Positions 7,908-17,366 of a stretch of 64,000 nucleotides of DNA are shown one piece after another. This DNA comes from a virus. Under the pieces are notes generated by a model. It ran no database searches, had not been told where the DNA came from, and saw nothing but the letters and a program-made list of their open reading frames with translations. Positions within the stretch are counted from its first letter, which is position 1. Every line of letters starts with the position of its first letter. Made by a program: the position numbers and the translations under genes. The stretch covers positions 1 through 64,000 of IMG/VR virus record IMGVR_UViG_3300028569_000031; one strand, 5' to 3'.

Positions 7908-7951
7908 GTGCAAAGGAATAAACAGCATCCAAGACCAGGCTGTAATTGGCC
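7908..7951 (-). ncRNA. second copy of leader pseudoknot
   Basis: S1 GGCCA/UGGUC, S2 ACAGC/GCUGU. Confidence 0.55.
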
Positions 7952-8417
7952 AAAACGAAGCAGACTTAAATACAAAATTAAGTCATTAAATAAATAAAAT
8001 ATTAAGGTGCAGGAAGATTAATTCTTGTTAGAATTAGATGCAGTTAAGAGAACTGTTTCTAAGGTTGTACTTGAGGTATACCCTTAGAAATAATTACCTA
8101 TTACTGAGTAGTATTAAATACAAAAATAAATTCCTGAATAAATACAAGTCTTATGCAACAAACGACTGTAGTTTAAAACAGGAATAAAGTAAGAAAAAAA
8201 ACACAAATAAAACACAAACAAAACAAAATAATTCATTTTAGTATTCCACAGCTCTTGCCGAAAATTTTTTAACGCGCCACCTTCCATCTGACGGTTTAGG
8301 TGAGAGTGACTGCGGTGGAAGGGATTTGAAGGGAGAATAAGGGTATATGGTGTATAAGTTAAGGTTTGGGGAGTATAACAGGGTATATCTGGGTTGTGAG
8401 GCCCGAAGGCCCCGTAT

Positions 8418-8576
8418 TTAGAAAGGAATTTCTGGTGAGTATGGTAACGGTGAGGACGGTAACTTTGGTCCGAGGCAGATATGTATCAGTTGGAAGTCTC
8501 CGTTTTCAAAATCATCGTTGTAATAAAAGTAATCGCCATTGATTAATACAATGTCAGCTGCACTGAAGTTAAACAT
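8418..8576 (-). CDS. 52-aa acidic peptide ending EIPF; first leftward ORF
   Basis: MFNFSAADIVL...PYSPEIPF*; leader hairpin upstream, cUUCGg hairpin at 8398-8413 downstream. Confidence 0.5.
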   Translation of the reverse strand: MFNFSAADIVLINGDYFYYNDDFENGDFQLIHICLGPKLPSSPLPYSPEIPF

Positions 8577-8830
8577 GATTTAAACGCAGCAGGTGAACAC
8601 AAATCCTGCTATACCCTACTAACAAAACTATTAAGCGCAGCAAGTAAACACTCACAACACAACACCTACCCTACCCAGAACTTCTTTTTTTGTCTCAGCT
8701 CGCTTCCTCTCGCTGTAGTTGTCTGATACCTGCCGGGATTTTTACCCCAAATAACAGTTTTTTAGGCGCCAATAGGGTTACAAGCATATTTATAGAGCTT
8801 AAAATCAGTAATATTGAAGAATTACATAAA

Positions 8831-11134
8831 ATGCCCGTATCACCACAAGATTTTGCTCTATGGGCATCGGTTACAGGTAATAATTACCCTGAAACTGCAA
8901 GTGAACGCATGGCTTTAGCTCCTCACGTACATAATTTTGTACGTAATTTTGGTAAATCAGGGGCAAATAGGGTTCTAGAACAACCTGGATCAAATGCTAT
9001 ATACAATCAACCGGTTTCTGCTCAACATTTAAACGCAAACAGTGTATTTGGTTCTCCAATTACACCAGATAATAATGTTTCTAAAATCGTAGGCACCTAT
9101 GATTCAACACTTACTGGAGAACATACTGCTAATCAAGAAGCAGAACGCATTGAAGATACATCTAAACAATACAATTTAGTACGTAATATCGGTCGTGCAG
9201 CCCTTGGCGCCGGACTTGTTGCGGGTGGAGTTGCCCTTGCAGCTACGCCAGAAGGTAGACAAACAGTTCAGAATGCTGCAACAACAGTTAAACAGGGCGC
9301 TCAAAATATTAGCAACCGTGTTTCTAGTTTCTTAGGGGGATTAGGGGCAGGCCGTGGTATTGATCCAGATACAATACGTAATTCTGGTGATGTAACGCCA
9401 CCAACAACAGCACAACGTTATAACCAAGCTGATGTACCAGTAGCAACACAAGAAATACAACTTGCAAAGAATTCTCCTGTCGGTTCAATGGAACGTGAGC
9501 TTTTAAATATTAAACCAGTTACAGAGAGCGAAGTACTTACATCAAGCCAAACATTTGCACCAAGCCAAACAGGAGACATTGTTGCACAACATCAAAGAAG
9601 AGAAGCAGCAACACGTCTTGCAAATGTTGCCCGTAAATTAAAATCAGGTATGTCGTTCTCTGATATAAAGTATGGCGTAGAAGCTACTGATCCTCCGCTG
9701 CCAAATTTACCAGGACTTGAACAACAAGGTCTGTCAGAACGAATTAGATCTTTATCAAGTGTTGAGCTGCCAGAAACAATGCCAGCGACCACATCACAAC
9801 AAACTTCAGCTCTTAATCCGTCATTAACAGATGAAATAGATTTATTTGTAGCTGGGTTAACAAAAAGTGCAGACCCCTGGACCGGAGAATACACACCAGC
9901 TAGTAAATCTACAGAATCTTTTAATGCTCCTCTTCAAACAATAAAAGGTAAAGTTCCTGACCCTTGGTATGCACGTGGCCCACGTCCAGTACGTAACGCT
10001 TCTTCTGAAGAACTAAATGCTGCAAACCTTGTTGCAGAAGTTTATGCTAAAACCGGCGAACGTATTACACCGGAAAATGCACAGGCTGCTCTTCGTGGTG
10101 GTGAACTATCATCAGCAGTGCAAAAAGCCTTTACTCCAACAGATTATCTTGCAATCGGTTCTCAAACATTTGAACCCGGTCAAGTTCAAACCGGACGCGC
10201 AATGCAAGTAGGAACAGGTGAAATAAGAGGAGCTACTTCAAAAGATTTTCTTGAGCGGTTTACAGAAGAAAACGTAGCCGGTCTAACAAAACAAGGTCGT
10301 CAAAGTGCTTCCCGCGCAACACTTGGAGGTGACTACGTACCTGGGGTAAGCCAAGAAACAGCAGACCCTAATGCAGTAATTTCAACCGCTGGCGGTAGAA
10401 CCATGCGTAATGTAAGTGCATTAGATAAAGAAGCTCTTGCTGAAGGAAGAATTGAGTATGCAGGCTTTACCGGACAAACAACTGACGTAAATCCTGAAAT
10501 AGCAGCAGCTACATATAAATCTGCCACTAACCCTCAAAAGGTTCGCATGTTTAATTCTTTACTTAGTCCACAAAGCTCAAGTCAAGTATTGCATTTAAAA
10601 ACAGAAAGCGGAATAATACCAATGACTACTAATGAATTTAAAAGACGTACTGGCGAACAAGCACATAAAATTTTTGCAGATGTTGTACAACAACACGCAG
10701 CACATCATGGTATTGAAATGCCTAACCCCGATATTATTACAAACTCCGGCCAGGTTATGGAGAATAGGAATCCGGCCTTTATTGATGCTGCTAATAAGCT
10801 TATAAATACAAAAGGTATAAGTGAATCAGTATACCCAATGATGGCGGCAAAATTCAATGATGTTCTACAGCAATCAGGTATTAATTTAACTGCAGCTAAT
10901 GACCCAGAGCTATCTCATGGTGCATTGAATACTTTAATGGGTGTCGCACGAAACACTTCTACAGCCCAAATAGGACTTGAAAATTTTGGTAAACTTGCCG
11001 GACGTTCTCGTTCCAGGGGTATTATTAGATCAGACACCAGTCAAGTTCCAGTATCACTTCCAGGGCCATCAGCTGAATCAGTTTCACAGGCCATGAAAGG
11101 ACTTGGATTAGGTACTAAACTTAACCCGTATTAA
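8831..11134 (+). CDS. large low-complexity putative internal virion protein
   Basis: ORF 8690..11134; ATG 8831 follows TAAAAT at 8800; hydrophobic segment AALGAGLVAGGVALAA. Confidence 0.7.
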   Translation: MPVSPQDFALWASVTGNNYPETASERMALAPHVHNFVRNFGKSGANRVLEQPGSNAIYNQPVSAQHLNANSVFGSPITPDNNVSKIVGTYDSTLTGEHTANQEAERIEDTSKQYNLVRNIGRAALGAGLVAGGVALAATPEGRQTVQNAATTVKQGAQNISNRVSSFLGGLGAGRGIDPDTIRNSGDVTPPTTAQRYNQADVPVATQEIQLAKNSPVGSMERELLNIKPVTESEVLTSSQTFAPSQTGDIVAQHQRREAATRLANVARKLKSGMSFSDIKYGVEATDPPLPNLPGLEQQGLSERIRSLSSVELPETMPATTSQQTSALNPSLTDEIDLFVAGLTKSADPWTGEYTPASKSTESFNAPLQTIKGKVPDPWYARGPRPVRNASSEELNAANLVAEVYAKTGERITPENAQAALRGGELSSAVQKAFTPTDYLAIGSQTFEPGQVQTGRAMQVGTGEIRGATSKDFLERFTEENVAGLTKQGRQSASRATLGGDYVPGVSQETADPNAVISTAGGRTMRNVSALDKEALAEGRIEYAGFTGQTTDVNPEIAAATYKSATNPQKVRMFNSLLSPQSSSQVLHLKTESGIIPMTTNEFKRRTGEQAHKIFADVVQQHAAHHGIEMPNPDIITNSGQVMENRNPAFIDAANKLINTKGISESVYPMMAAKFNDVLQQSGINLTAANDPELSHGALNTLMGVARNTSTAQIGLENFGKLAGRSRSRGIIRSDTSQVPVSLPGPSAESVSQAMKGLGLGTKLNPY

Positions 11135-11163
11135 GCTAGAATAAGGAAAAATTAGGACTCAAC

Positions 11164-11619
11164 ATGACTTTCCTAGAACCAATTCTTATCCCAGGCTGCT
11201 TTCTCCTAATTGGTGCAGGCATTACATATGCGGTTTCTAAACTCAATAAAATTAAAACCGTTTCTTATCTTCTTAAGTACGGCCCTATAATCAAAAAAAC
11301 ATACGACGTTATAGATCCAATTCTAGATAAAAACTTGTCTAGGTGGTATGGATCGGATATTGACAAGGCAATAGGTCTGACAATAGAAGCAGTTGCTGAT
11401 GGAGAATTAACAGATAAAGAAGTTAAAAAACTCTCAATTATTATTGCTGAGCGTTGGTTACCACAAAAAGCTGCTGATAAAGTTCGTCACTATTCTAAAT
11501 CTTTATATGAAGTACCCCAAGTACTGGCGGCTAAACAAATTACTGAAGTAGTTAACGGAATAACTTCTAAATCATCTGGACTTGATTACGCACGTAAACT
11601 TCTTTCATCATTTTCATAA
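11164..11619 (+). CDS. membrane-anchored hypothetical protein
   Basis: N-terminal TM helix. Confidence 0.65.
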   Translation: MTFLEPILIPGCFLLIGAGITYAVSKLNKIKTVSYLLKYGPIIKKTYDVIDPILDKNLSRWYGSDIDKAIGLTIEAVADGELTDKEVKKLSIIIAERWLPQKAADKVRHYSKSLYEVPQVLAAKQITEVVNGITSKSSGLDYARKLLSSFS

Positions 11620-11828
11620 TGACTAAGGATAAAAATTGGATTCAAGGAGCGATTAAACAACCTGGCGCCTTCACAAAAAAAGCTGAAGAACGTGGTGTAT
11701 CTGTTAAGGAATTAGCCGCTAAAGTAACAGCAAATCCAGATGAATATGACAAGACGACAGTCAAGCAAGCTAACCTAGCAAAAACTTTAAGTAAATTACG
11801 TAAACACAGACAAGCTAAAAACAAATAA
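11619..11828 (+). CDS. small basic phage protein
   Basis: KNWIQ.AIK.PGAF...A.LAKTL.KL motif. Confidence 0.7.
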   Translation: MTKDKNWIQGAIKQPGAFTKKAEERGVSVKELAAKVTANPDEYDKTTVKQANLAKTLSKLRKHRQAKNK

Positions 11829-11832
11829 TAAA

Positions 11833-12291
11833 ATGCAAGCTCCATACAGCCAAGATTACACAGGCCCCGCAGATCAAGCTAGGAGAGCAGGTAAATCTCC
11901 TGATGTAGGAATTTTAGGTCCAAACCCAAAATCTGCATCGGATCCGAATTCATTTAAAAATGAATTTATTTCTAGGTATAAATTAAATCCTGATAGCAAG
12001 ACTTTTTATTCACAGGGTATCTTCCCTGGAAAAACTGCGGACTTATCACAACAGAAATATGACGAAGCGGATGGGGCTCCTTATTTTGCTAATCCTAATG
12101 ATCAAACATTAGCTAACGATTTTGTATCTAAGTATTCAACCGGGATTTCCAGGGGTTTAATTGAAGAAGATCGTGCAATAACTGCCTCTTCTGTAGATCA
12201 ATTTAGAACTAAAAAGCCAATGGAAGACTTGAGGGATAGTAATGTAGTATCAGGTAAATTCCCAGGGGCAGGGGGAGTTGCAACTACATGA
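11833..12291 (+). CDS. disordered putative virion protein
   Basis: 152 aa in late operon. Confidence 0.65.
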   Translation: MQAPYSQDYTGPADQARRAGKSPDVGILGPNPKSASDPNSFKNEFISRYKLNPDSKTFYSQGIFPGKTADLSQQKYDEADGAPYFANPNDQTLANDFVSKYSTGISRGLIEEDRAITASSVDQFRTKKPMEDLRDSNVVSGKFPGAGGVATT

Positions 12292-12821
12292 ATTACTCAG
12301 AACCAATCCGCTTAGCTGGAACAGCATTACAAAATTTTTTTAGTGACCCAAACACTATCAAAGGAATAGGTAAGCGTGTGCTTGCTGAAACCGCTATTAA
12401 CACCGCTGCTCAACAAGTTGTACCGCGTTTAATGGGTAAGCGTCCAGAATATAATATTCCTCAATCACTTCTTAACACTGGAGTGCAAGCAGCAATAGCA
12501 ACGCCGTTAGCTGGAGGAATGCAAACACTCGGCGTTCCAGAATGGGCAGCTCAAACCGGTAGTCAGATGGTAGCTTCACCTGCAGCTTATGCAATTACAA
12601 ATGCAATTATTCCCGAAACACATAATCAAGAACATAGTAATTCTCACGAATTAATGCAAATGCAACAAATGCATGCAGAGTTAGAACAACAAAGATATAG
12701 TAATGAAATTAATTTAGCATTAGCTAAAAATTACCGTGCACCTACTGAAATTGTACACAGAAATCCAAGTGCAGACTTACAAACTGCTTACAATATCATG
12801 ACACCTAACGTTTCTTACTAA
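12288..12821 (+). CDS. putative virion protein
   Basis: 177 aa, ATGA-coupled. Confidence 0.65.
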   Translation: MNYSEPIRLAGTALQNFFSDPNTIKGIGKRVLAETAINTAAQQVVPRLMGKRPEYNIPQSLLNTGVQAAIATPLAGGMQTLGVPEWAAQTGSQMVASPAAYAITNAIIPETHNQEHSNSHELMQMQQMHAELEQQRYSNEINLALAKNYRAPTEIVHRNPSADLQTAYNIMTPNVSY

Positions 12822-12825
12822 GGTA

Positions 12826-13950
12826 ATGAATCTTGATCCTAATAAGAATTATCTAACAAACAGTCTTGCAAATATTCAACAGTTTGTAAACTCTGCTGCT
12901 GATGAGTTACGTCATATTGTTTATAAAAGTAAATACGGATATGGATCTGCTTCTGGCCCAGCAGTAAAAAATGTAGCTGAATTAAGAACAGCACCAGAAG
13001 CTTTTGTAGCTTCTGCGGTTGGCGATGTTCTTACAGATCAGTCCCGCAAAGAAATTTGGAAATATACAAATATTCCAAGGATGGCTGGTGAAATTGGTAA
13101 AGCAGTTTCAGCTGCTGCTGGAATGGATCCTGTCACAGGAGCGGTTCTTACAATAGGAGCACCTGCCGTTTTACTTGGACTGAGTGGACGCACAGGACCT
13201 CTTTCTCAAGGTATGCGTCCCAAAGGATATAAAGCCGTTGCACCTGCTTCAAAAGAAAAAGATCCTACAGGTAGAACTCCACAATCAATACCGTTGGAAA
13301 TAGCTTTACGATATGGCTTAGGGCAAACCAGTCAAATCCTTCCTTATCAAGAATTTAAAAAAGAACGTCCAGATGTAGCACCTTCTACATATACTCAATA
13401 TCGTCGATACGAACATTCAAAACCGGAGCCAGGTAAGTTAATTGGTATTGATCCAGAAGGTCAATCTTTTACTACTATTGGAGGATTGGTTCGCGGTAGT
13501 GCAAAAGGATTGAATGATCCTGAAATTAGACTTAAAGGAATGCCTGTTACTTTAAGTGGAGCTCTTGGTACAGCAGCCGGACTTGGCGCTGCTTCTGCAG
13601 CTTATGCTGCCTTACCAATTAAAACAAGATATGCACGTTCTTCTATAGATTTATCTAGATCAGGTCCAACAACAAATCCAATTACAGGACAAGTACAGAC
13701 TGGCGCGGCACGTACATATTCACCTTCTTCTCTTACAACAGCCGGAATTGCGGCTATTGGTTTAGGAACCGCTGTTGCAGTCGGAGCAGCAACAAAAAAA
13801 GTACTTCAGAAAGCAGCAGACAATAGGATTAAAAAAGATAATCCTGTAGAATATTTAAAGCAAAGGCATGGTTCTCTTGAACAAGCAAGTATTGCTTTAG
13901 GTTTACCACAAGCTCAGAGTTGGCAACAACTCACACCCTACGTAAAATAA
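12826..13950 (+). CDS. putative ejection/internal protein with Gly/Ala-rich hydrophobic helices
   Basis: three hydrophobic GA-rich segments. Confidence 0.65.
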   Translation: MNLDPNKNYLTNSLANIQQFVNSAADELRHIVYKSKYGYGSASGPAVKNVAELRTAPEAFVASAVGDVLTDQSRKEIWKYTNIPRMAGEIGKAVSAAAGMDPVTGAVLTIGAPAVLLGLSGRTGPLSQGMRPKGYKAVAPASKEKDPTGRTPQSIPLEIALRYGLGQTSQILPYQEFKKERPDVAPSTYTQYRRYEHSKPEPGKLIGIDPEGQSFTTIGGLVRGSAKGLNDPEIRLKGMPVTLSGALGTAAGLGAASAAYAALPIKTRYARSSIDLSRSGPTTNPITGQVQTGAARTYSPSSLTTAGIAAIGLGTAVAVGAATKKVLQKAADNRIKKDNPVEYLKQRHGSLEQASIALGLPQAQSWQQLTPYVK

Positions 13951-13953
13951 ATC

Positions 13954-14511
13954 ATGGCTTACGGTTTTAATTTAGGTACAAGCGGAAGTTTTAACACTGA
14001 AAATAATTTAGACCCTAACAAGTCTTTCTATGGTGATTATAAAGATCCACGCGGCTCTATGAGTGCGCAGGATCAAAATGTAATGGATAATTGGATTATT
14101 CCAAAATACAATCAAAGCGATTACGAACAGGAACCTATAAATTGGAATAAATTTGAAGTAGCTGAACCTAGAAAACGTTTTGCCGGAGAAGTGTGGGATG
14201 TACTAAATAAAGAACAAAACAGAAATCGCTATAGTGGTCAGTTAAATGAACCAAGAGGGGCTTATGGTGGTCAACCTTCTACAGGCGGTTCTGGACAAAT
14301 CTTAGATAACCTTGGTGTTGTTTATCCACAAACATATAGCCCTATTGTTATACCAGGACAACAGGGCAGTTCAGGAGGAGCTGGCGTTGGTGGTGATATT
14401 GGAGCTCTAGCTGGTATGGGTATAGGTGCCTTGATAGGCGGTCCAGCTGGTGCAGCATTTGGAAGCCAGATTGGTCAAAAAGCCGGTAACGTTGCAGGCA
14501 GCTTCTTTTAA
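13954..14511 (+). CDS. putative ejection protein with C-terminal glycine zipper
   Basis: GGDIGALAGMGIGALIGGPAGAAFGSQIG. Confidence 0.65.
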   Translation: MAYGFNLGTSGSFNTENNLDPNKSFYGDYKDPRGSMSAQDQNVMDNWIIPKYNQSDYEQEPINWNKFEVAEPRKRFAGEVWDVLNKEQNRNRYSGQLNEPRGAYGGQPSTGGSGQILDNLGVVYPQTYSPIVIPGQQGSSGGAGVGGDIGALAGMGIGALIGGPAGAAFGSQIGQKAGNVAGSFF

Positions 14512-14572
14512 TAATATTCTTAATAATTTAAAAATTACCTAATTTAAAATAGTAATCAAAAGGATTTAGATT

Positions 14573-15337
14573 ATGTTGCCACTAATACTAGGTAGTGCCG
14601 GACTCGGTGCTCTTGTCGGCGGTGTTCAGGGTTATCAAAGAAGTGGCGGTGATCTGGGACGCACACTCACAAGCGCAGCCACTGGAGGCCTACTAGGAGG
14701 TGCTACGGGTGGTTTAGGTGGGCTTGCTGGTGGCGCAGTTACTCGTTTTGCAGGACAGAAGCTAGCAATGCCTCTTGTTCCTGGGGGTATTGGACAATCT
14801 TTAGTCAACAAAGGAGTCTCCCCTGATCTTCTAGCGCAAGCACCTGGATTCTTAGGTGGTGCAGCTAACATTGGAACACAATTTGCTGCTGGTAGTTTAC
14901 TTGCACCACTTGCCGGTTCAATCGGACAATTAGGAACACAAGCAGCTGGCGCTGCTACTGCAGGTGTACGCGGAATGCAGCCAGTTCCTGGAATGCCTAA
15001 TGTTTCAGCGTTACCGCAAGGGATACAAGATCAAAATCGACCAATGAATTTATATGATGTTTATTACGGACCTGGATTGACTGCCAGAACTGCCGAGGAA
15101 CTAGCCCAAGATGTTCAAATGAAAGGTTTACAAAAACAATTTAATACAATGTATCCGCAGTTAAGTCAGGCCAAGAAAGATGAAATGCAACGTCAATTAG
15201 CTGCAGCACAGATTCGCCAAAATATCACTACTGCCGCTAACATGATAGAACGCGGTCAACAAACTGCGCAATCTATAGGAATTAACGCTGCAAATACACT
15301 TGGTAATGCATTAGCTTCTCAATATCAATATCAGTAA
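14573..15337 (+). CDS. putative ejection/pilot-like protein (glycine zipper plus Q-rich coiled coil)
   Basis: GxxxG repeats N-terminally, Q-rich C-terminus. Confidence 0.65.
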   Translation: MLPLILGSAGLGALVGGVQGYQRSGGDLGRTLTSAATGGLLGGATGGLGGLAGGAVTRFAGQKLAMPLVPGGIGQSLVNKGVSPDLLAQAPGFLGGAANIGTQFAAGSLLAPLAGSIGQLGTQAAGAATAGVRGMQPVPGMPNVSALPQGIQDQNRPMNLYDVYYGPGLTARTAEELAQDVQMKGLQKQFNTMYPQLSQAKKDEMQRQLAAAQIRQNITTAANMIERGQQTAQSIGINAANTLGNALASQYQYQ

Positions 15338-15339
15338 TC

Positions 15340-15969
15340 ATGGCTAATACACCATTTGATTTTGTAAATTCACCTACAAGATTTGCCTCTTTAGGATTGA
15401 ATTTTAAAACAGGAAGGCGGGATGATCCAGCTCAGTCATATTATGCGGATACTAAATCTGCCGAGGCGCTACCCGGATTCTCAACTGATAAAACAGATTA
15501 TCAATCTCTTTTGTCAGAGTTTGTCCCAGCAGGTTATCAGGCTCCAACGTTTGGTGCGGCAGTAGACCAACAAATCAACCCAACATTTGGTGCAGTACCT
15601 GACTTATCTCCAGCCCAGATGGCAGCTATTCAATATCAACAAATTATGGGTCCTTACAATAGGGCCGAAAGAAACGAGGCAGCGGATTTTCAACGTCGTT
15701 TAACGCAACAACAATTAGCAGAAACTTATCCTTTTTTAAGTGCTGCTGCTAATGAAGCAACACAACGTGCTTTAGGTGCTAGTAAAGAATGGGCTGCTTA
15801 TAAGCAAGGCTTGCCTACTACAGCACAGGATATTATGACAGCTAAACAAAATCAACTTACCAGTGCAGCACAAGCTAAATATCTTGAGGATTTAGGAATA
15901 GCGTCATTGAATACATCAGCAAAACAACAAGCAAAACTTGGCTATACTGGAAAGAGCTTTTCAAGTTAA
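15340..15969 (+). CDS. putative virion protein
   Basis: 209 aa, A/Q-rich. Confidence 0.65.
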   Translation: MANTPFDFVNSPTRFASLGLNFKTGRRDDPAQSYYADTKSAEALPGFSTDKTDYQSLLSEFVPAGYQAPTFGAAVDQQINPTFGAVPDLSPAQMAAIQYQQIMGPYNRAERNEAADFQRRLTQQQLAETYPFLSAAANEATQRALGASKEWAAYKQGLPTTAQDIMTAKQNQLTSAAQAKYLEDLGIASLNTSAKQQAKLGYTGKSFSS

Positions 15970-16014
15970 TTGAACAGCTTTTTATTAAATTAGTTCTTTA
16001 ATAAAAATTTAATT

Positions 16015-16860
16015 ATGGGATCCTCAAAACCACCATCGCCAACAGTTATTTACTCACCGCCGCCTCCTCCTCCAACAACAACTGACGTACCTTCTCAGTC
16101 TTATGAGACTCAGGTACGTTTAGATGAGATTGCTAATGCACAAGCACGTTCAAATGCAGAATTTGGTGCAGAAATAGATCGCAGTCAAAACGAATTCTTT
16201 ACTAATCAAGACATTAGAAGAGAACAGGCTTCTGCTGGTGAACAGCGGATGACAATAGGAAAACAAGGTGAGGAGGAACGCGCAACAGTTGGCGCAAAAG
16301 GTGAACAAGAACGCAAGGGTATTGAAACCTCAGGGGCTCAACAACGTCTAGGTATCGAAACATCAGGTACTCAACAACGTTTAGGGATCCAAGAGACAGG
16401 TAAAGAAGAACGTTCAACACAGAGGGAACGTTATGCAGGCGAACAGGTTTTAATAGGTGCTAGAGGTGTAGAAGAACGTAGGGGTATCGAAACATCAGGC
16501 GCTCAACAACGTTTGGGTATTGTCGAATCAGGTTCCCAACAACGTCTAGGAATTCAAGAGACAGGTAAAGAAGAACGTTCAACACAGAAAGAACGTTATG
16601 CTGGCGAAGAATCTTTAACTAAAGTTAGAGGAACGGAAGAGCGTTCTGGAATTAGAGAAACCGGTAGCGAAACACGTTCTACTGTTCAAACCAGTGGCAC
16701 AGAACAACGTTTAGGAATTAGAACCGCAGGAGAAGAAGAAAGAGAAACTATTGGTAAATCAGCAACCGAACAACGGGCTTCTGATTTACAGAAAGAAATG
16801 TACAGACGTTATGCAGAAAATAGAGATTATGAACAAGCTCAAAATCAGTATCGAACATGA
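16015..16860 (+). CDS. 11-residue repeat protein
   Basis: about 17 G-x-E/Q-x-R-x-x-I-x-x-x units; Pro-rich N-terminus. Confidence 0.7.
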   Translation: MGSSKPPSPTVIYSPPPPPPTTTDVPSQSYETQVRLDEIANAQARSNAEFGAEIDRSQNEFFTNQDIRREQASAGEQRMTIGKQGEEERATVGAKGEQERKGIETSGAQQRLGIETSGTQQRLGIQETGKEERSTQRERYAGEQVLIGARGVEERRGIETSGAQQRLGIVESGSQQRLGIQETGKEERSTQKERYAGEESLTKVRGTEERSGIRETGSETRSTVQTSGTEQRLGIRTAGEEERETIGKSATEQRASDLQKEMYRRYAENRDYEQAQNQYRT

Positions 16861-17342
16861 TTACTTGGATTGAAGAGTTAACGGAGAAGGAAAGAGAATC
16901 TTTCCATGCGTTCTGCAAGAAAACGCTATCACCAATACAAATGTATCTTTATGCAAGGTTTTTAGGTTTTACTGGAAGCATAGTTGAGTGTGATGAATGG
17001 GCGCAAAAAATACATTCAAAGAAAAATTTTAACGCAATATTAGAAGAAGAAATTGATTTAATGCAGTTAGACATTTCAAAGTTACGTGATGCAATTGATC
17101 TTGGAATGGTTAAACAAGATATGGGGACAGCTCGGATTGCTATGTTGCAAAAAGAATTACGCGGCTCAATAAAACAACTAAATGATGAAAAAGTTTTAAC
17201 AGATAAACAAGGATTGATTCTTGCAGGTGCAGACCGTGCCTTACGGGAGATGCTATCAATCTTTCGTGACGACCCTATTGAAGGACCACTTCAAGAAGCG
17301 TCTATGGGCGTATGGACAAAAATATTGGCAGAAGAGTCTTAA
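16857..17342 (+). CDS. putative terminase small subunit
   Basis: helical 161 aa directly upstream of the large subunit; position only. Confidence 0.45.
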   Translation: MITWIEELTEKERESFHAFCKKTLSPIQMYLYARFLGFTGSIVECDEWAQKIHSKKNFNAILEEEIDLMQLDISKLRDAIDLGMVKQDMGTARIAMLQKELRGSIKQLNDEKVLTDKQGLILAGADRALREMLSIFRDDPIEGPLQEASMGVWTKILAEES

Positions 17343-17366
17343 GGTTTAGTGCCTTAGTCTAATGGC

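Noticed and set aside
8278-8325. Hammerhead ribozyme (CTGACGG inside a stem)
   Set aside because: Lacks the CUGANGA and GAAA core.
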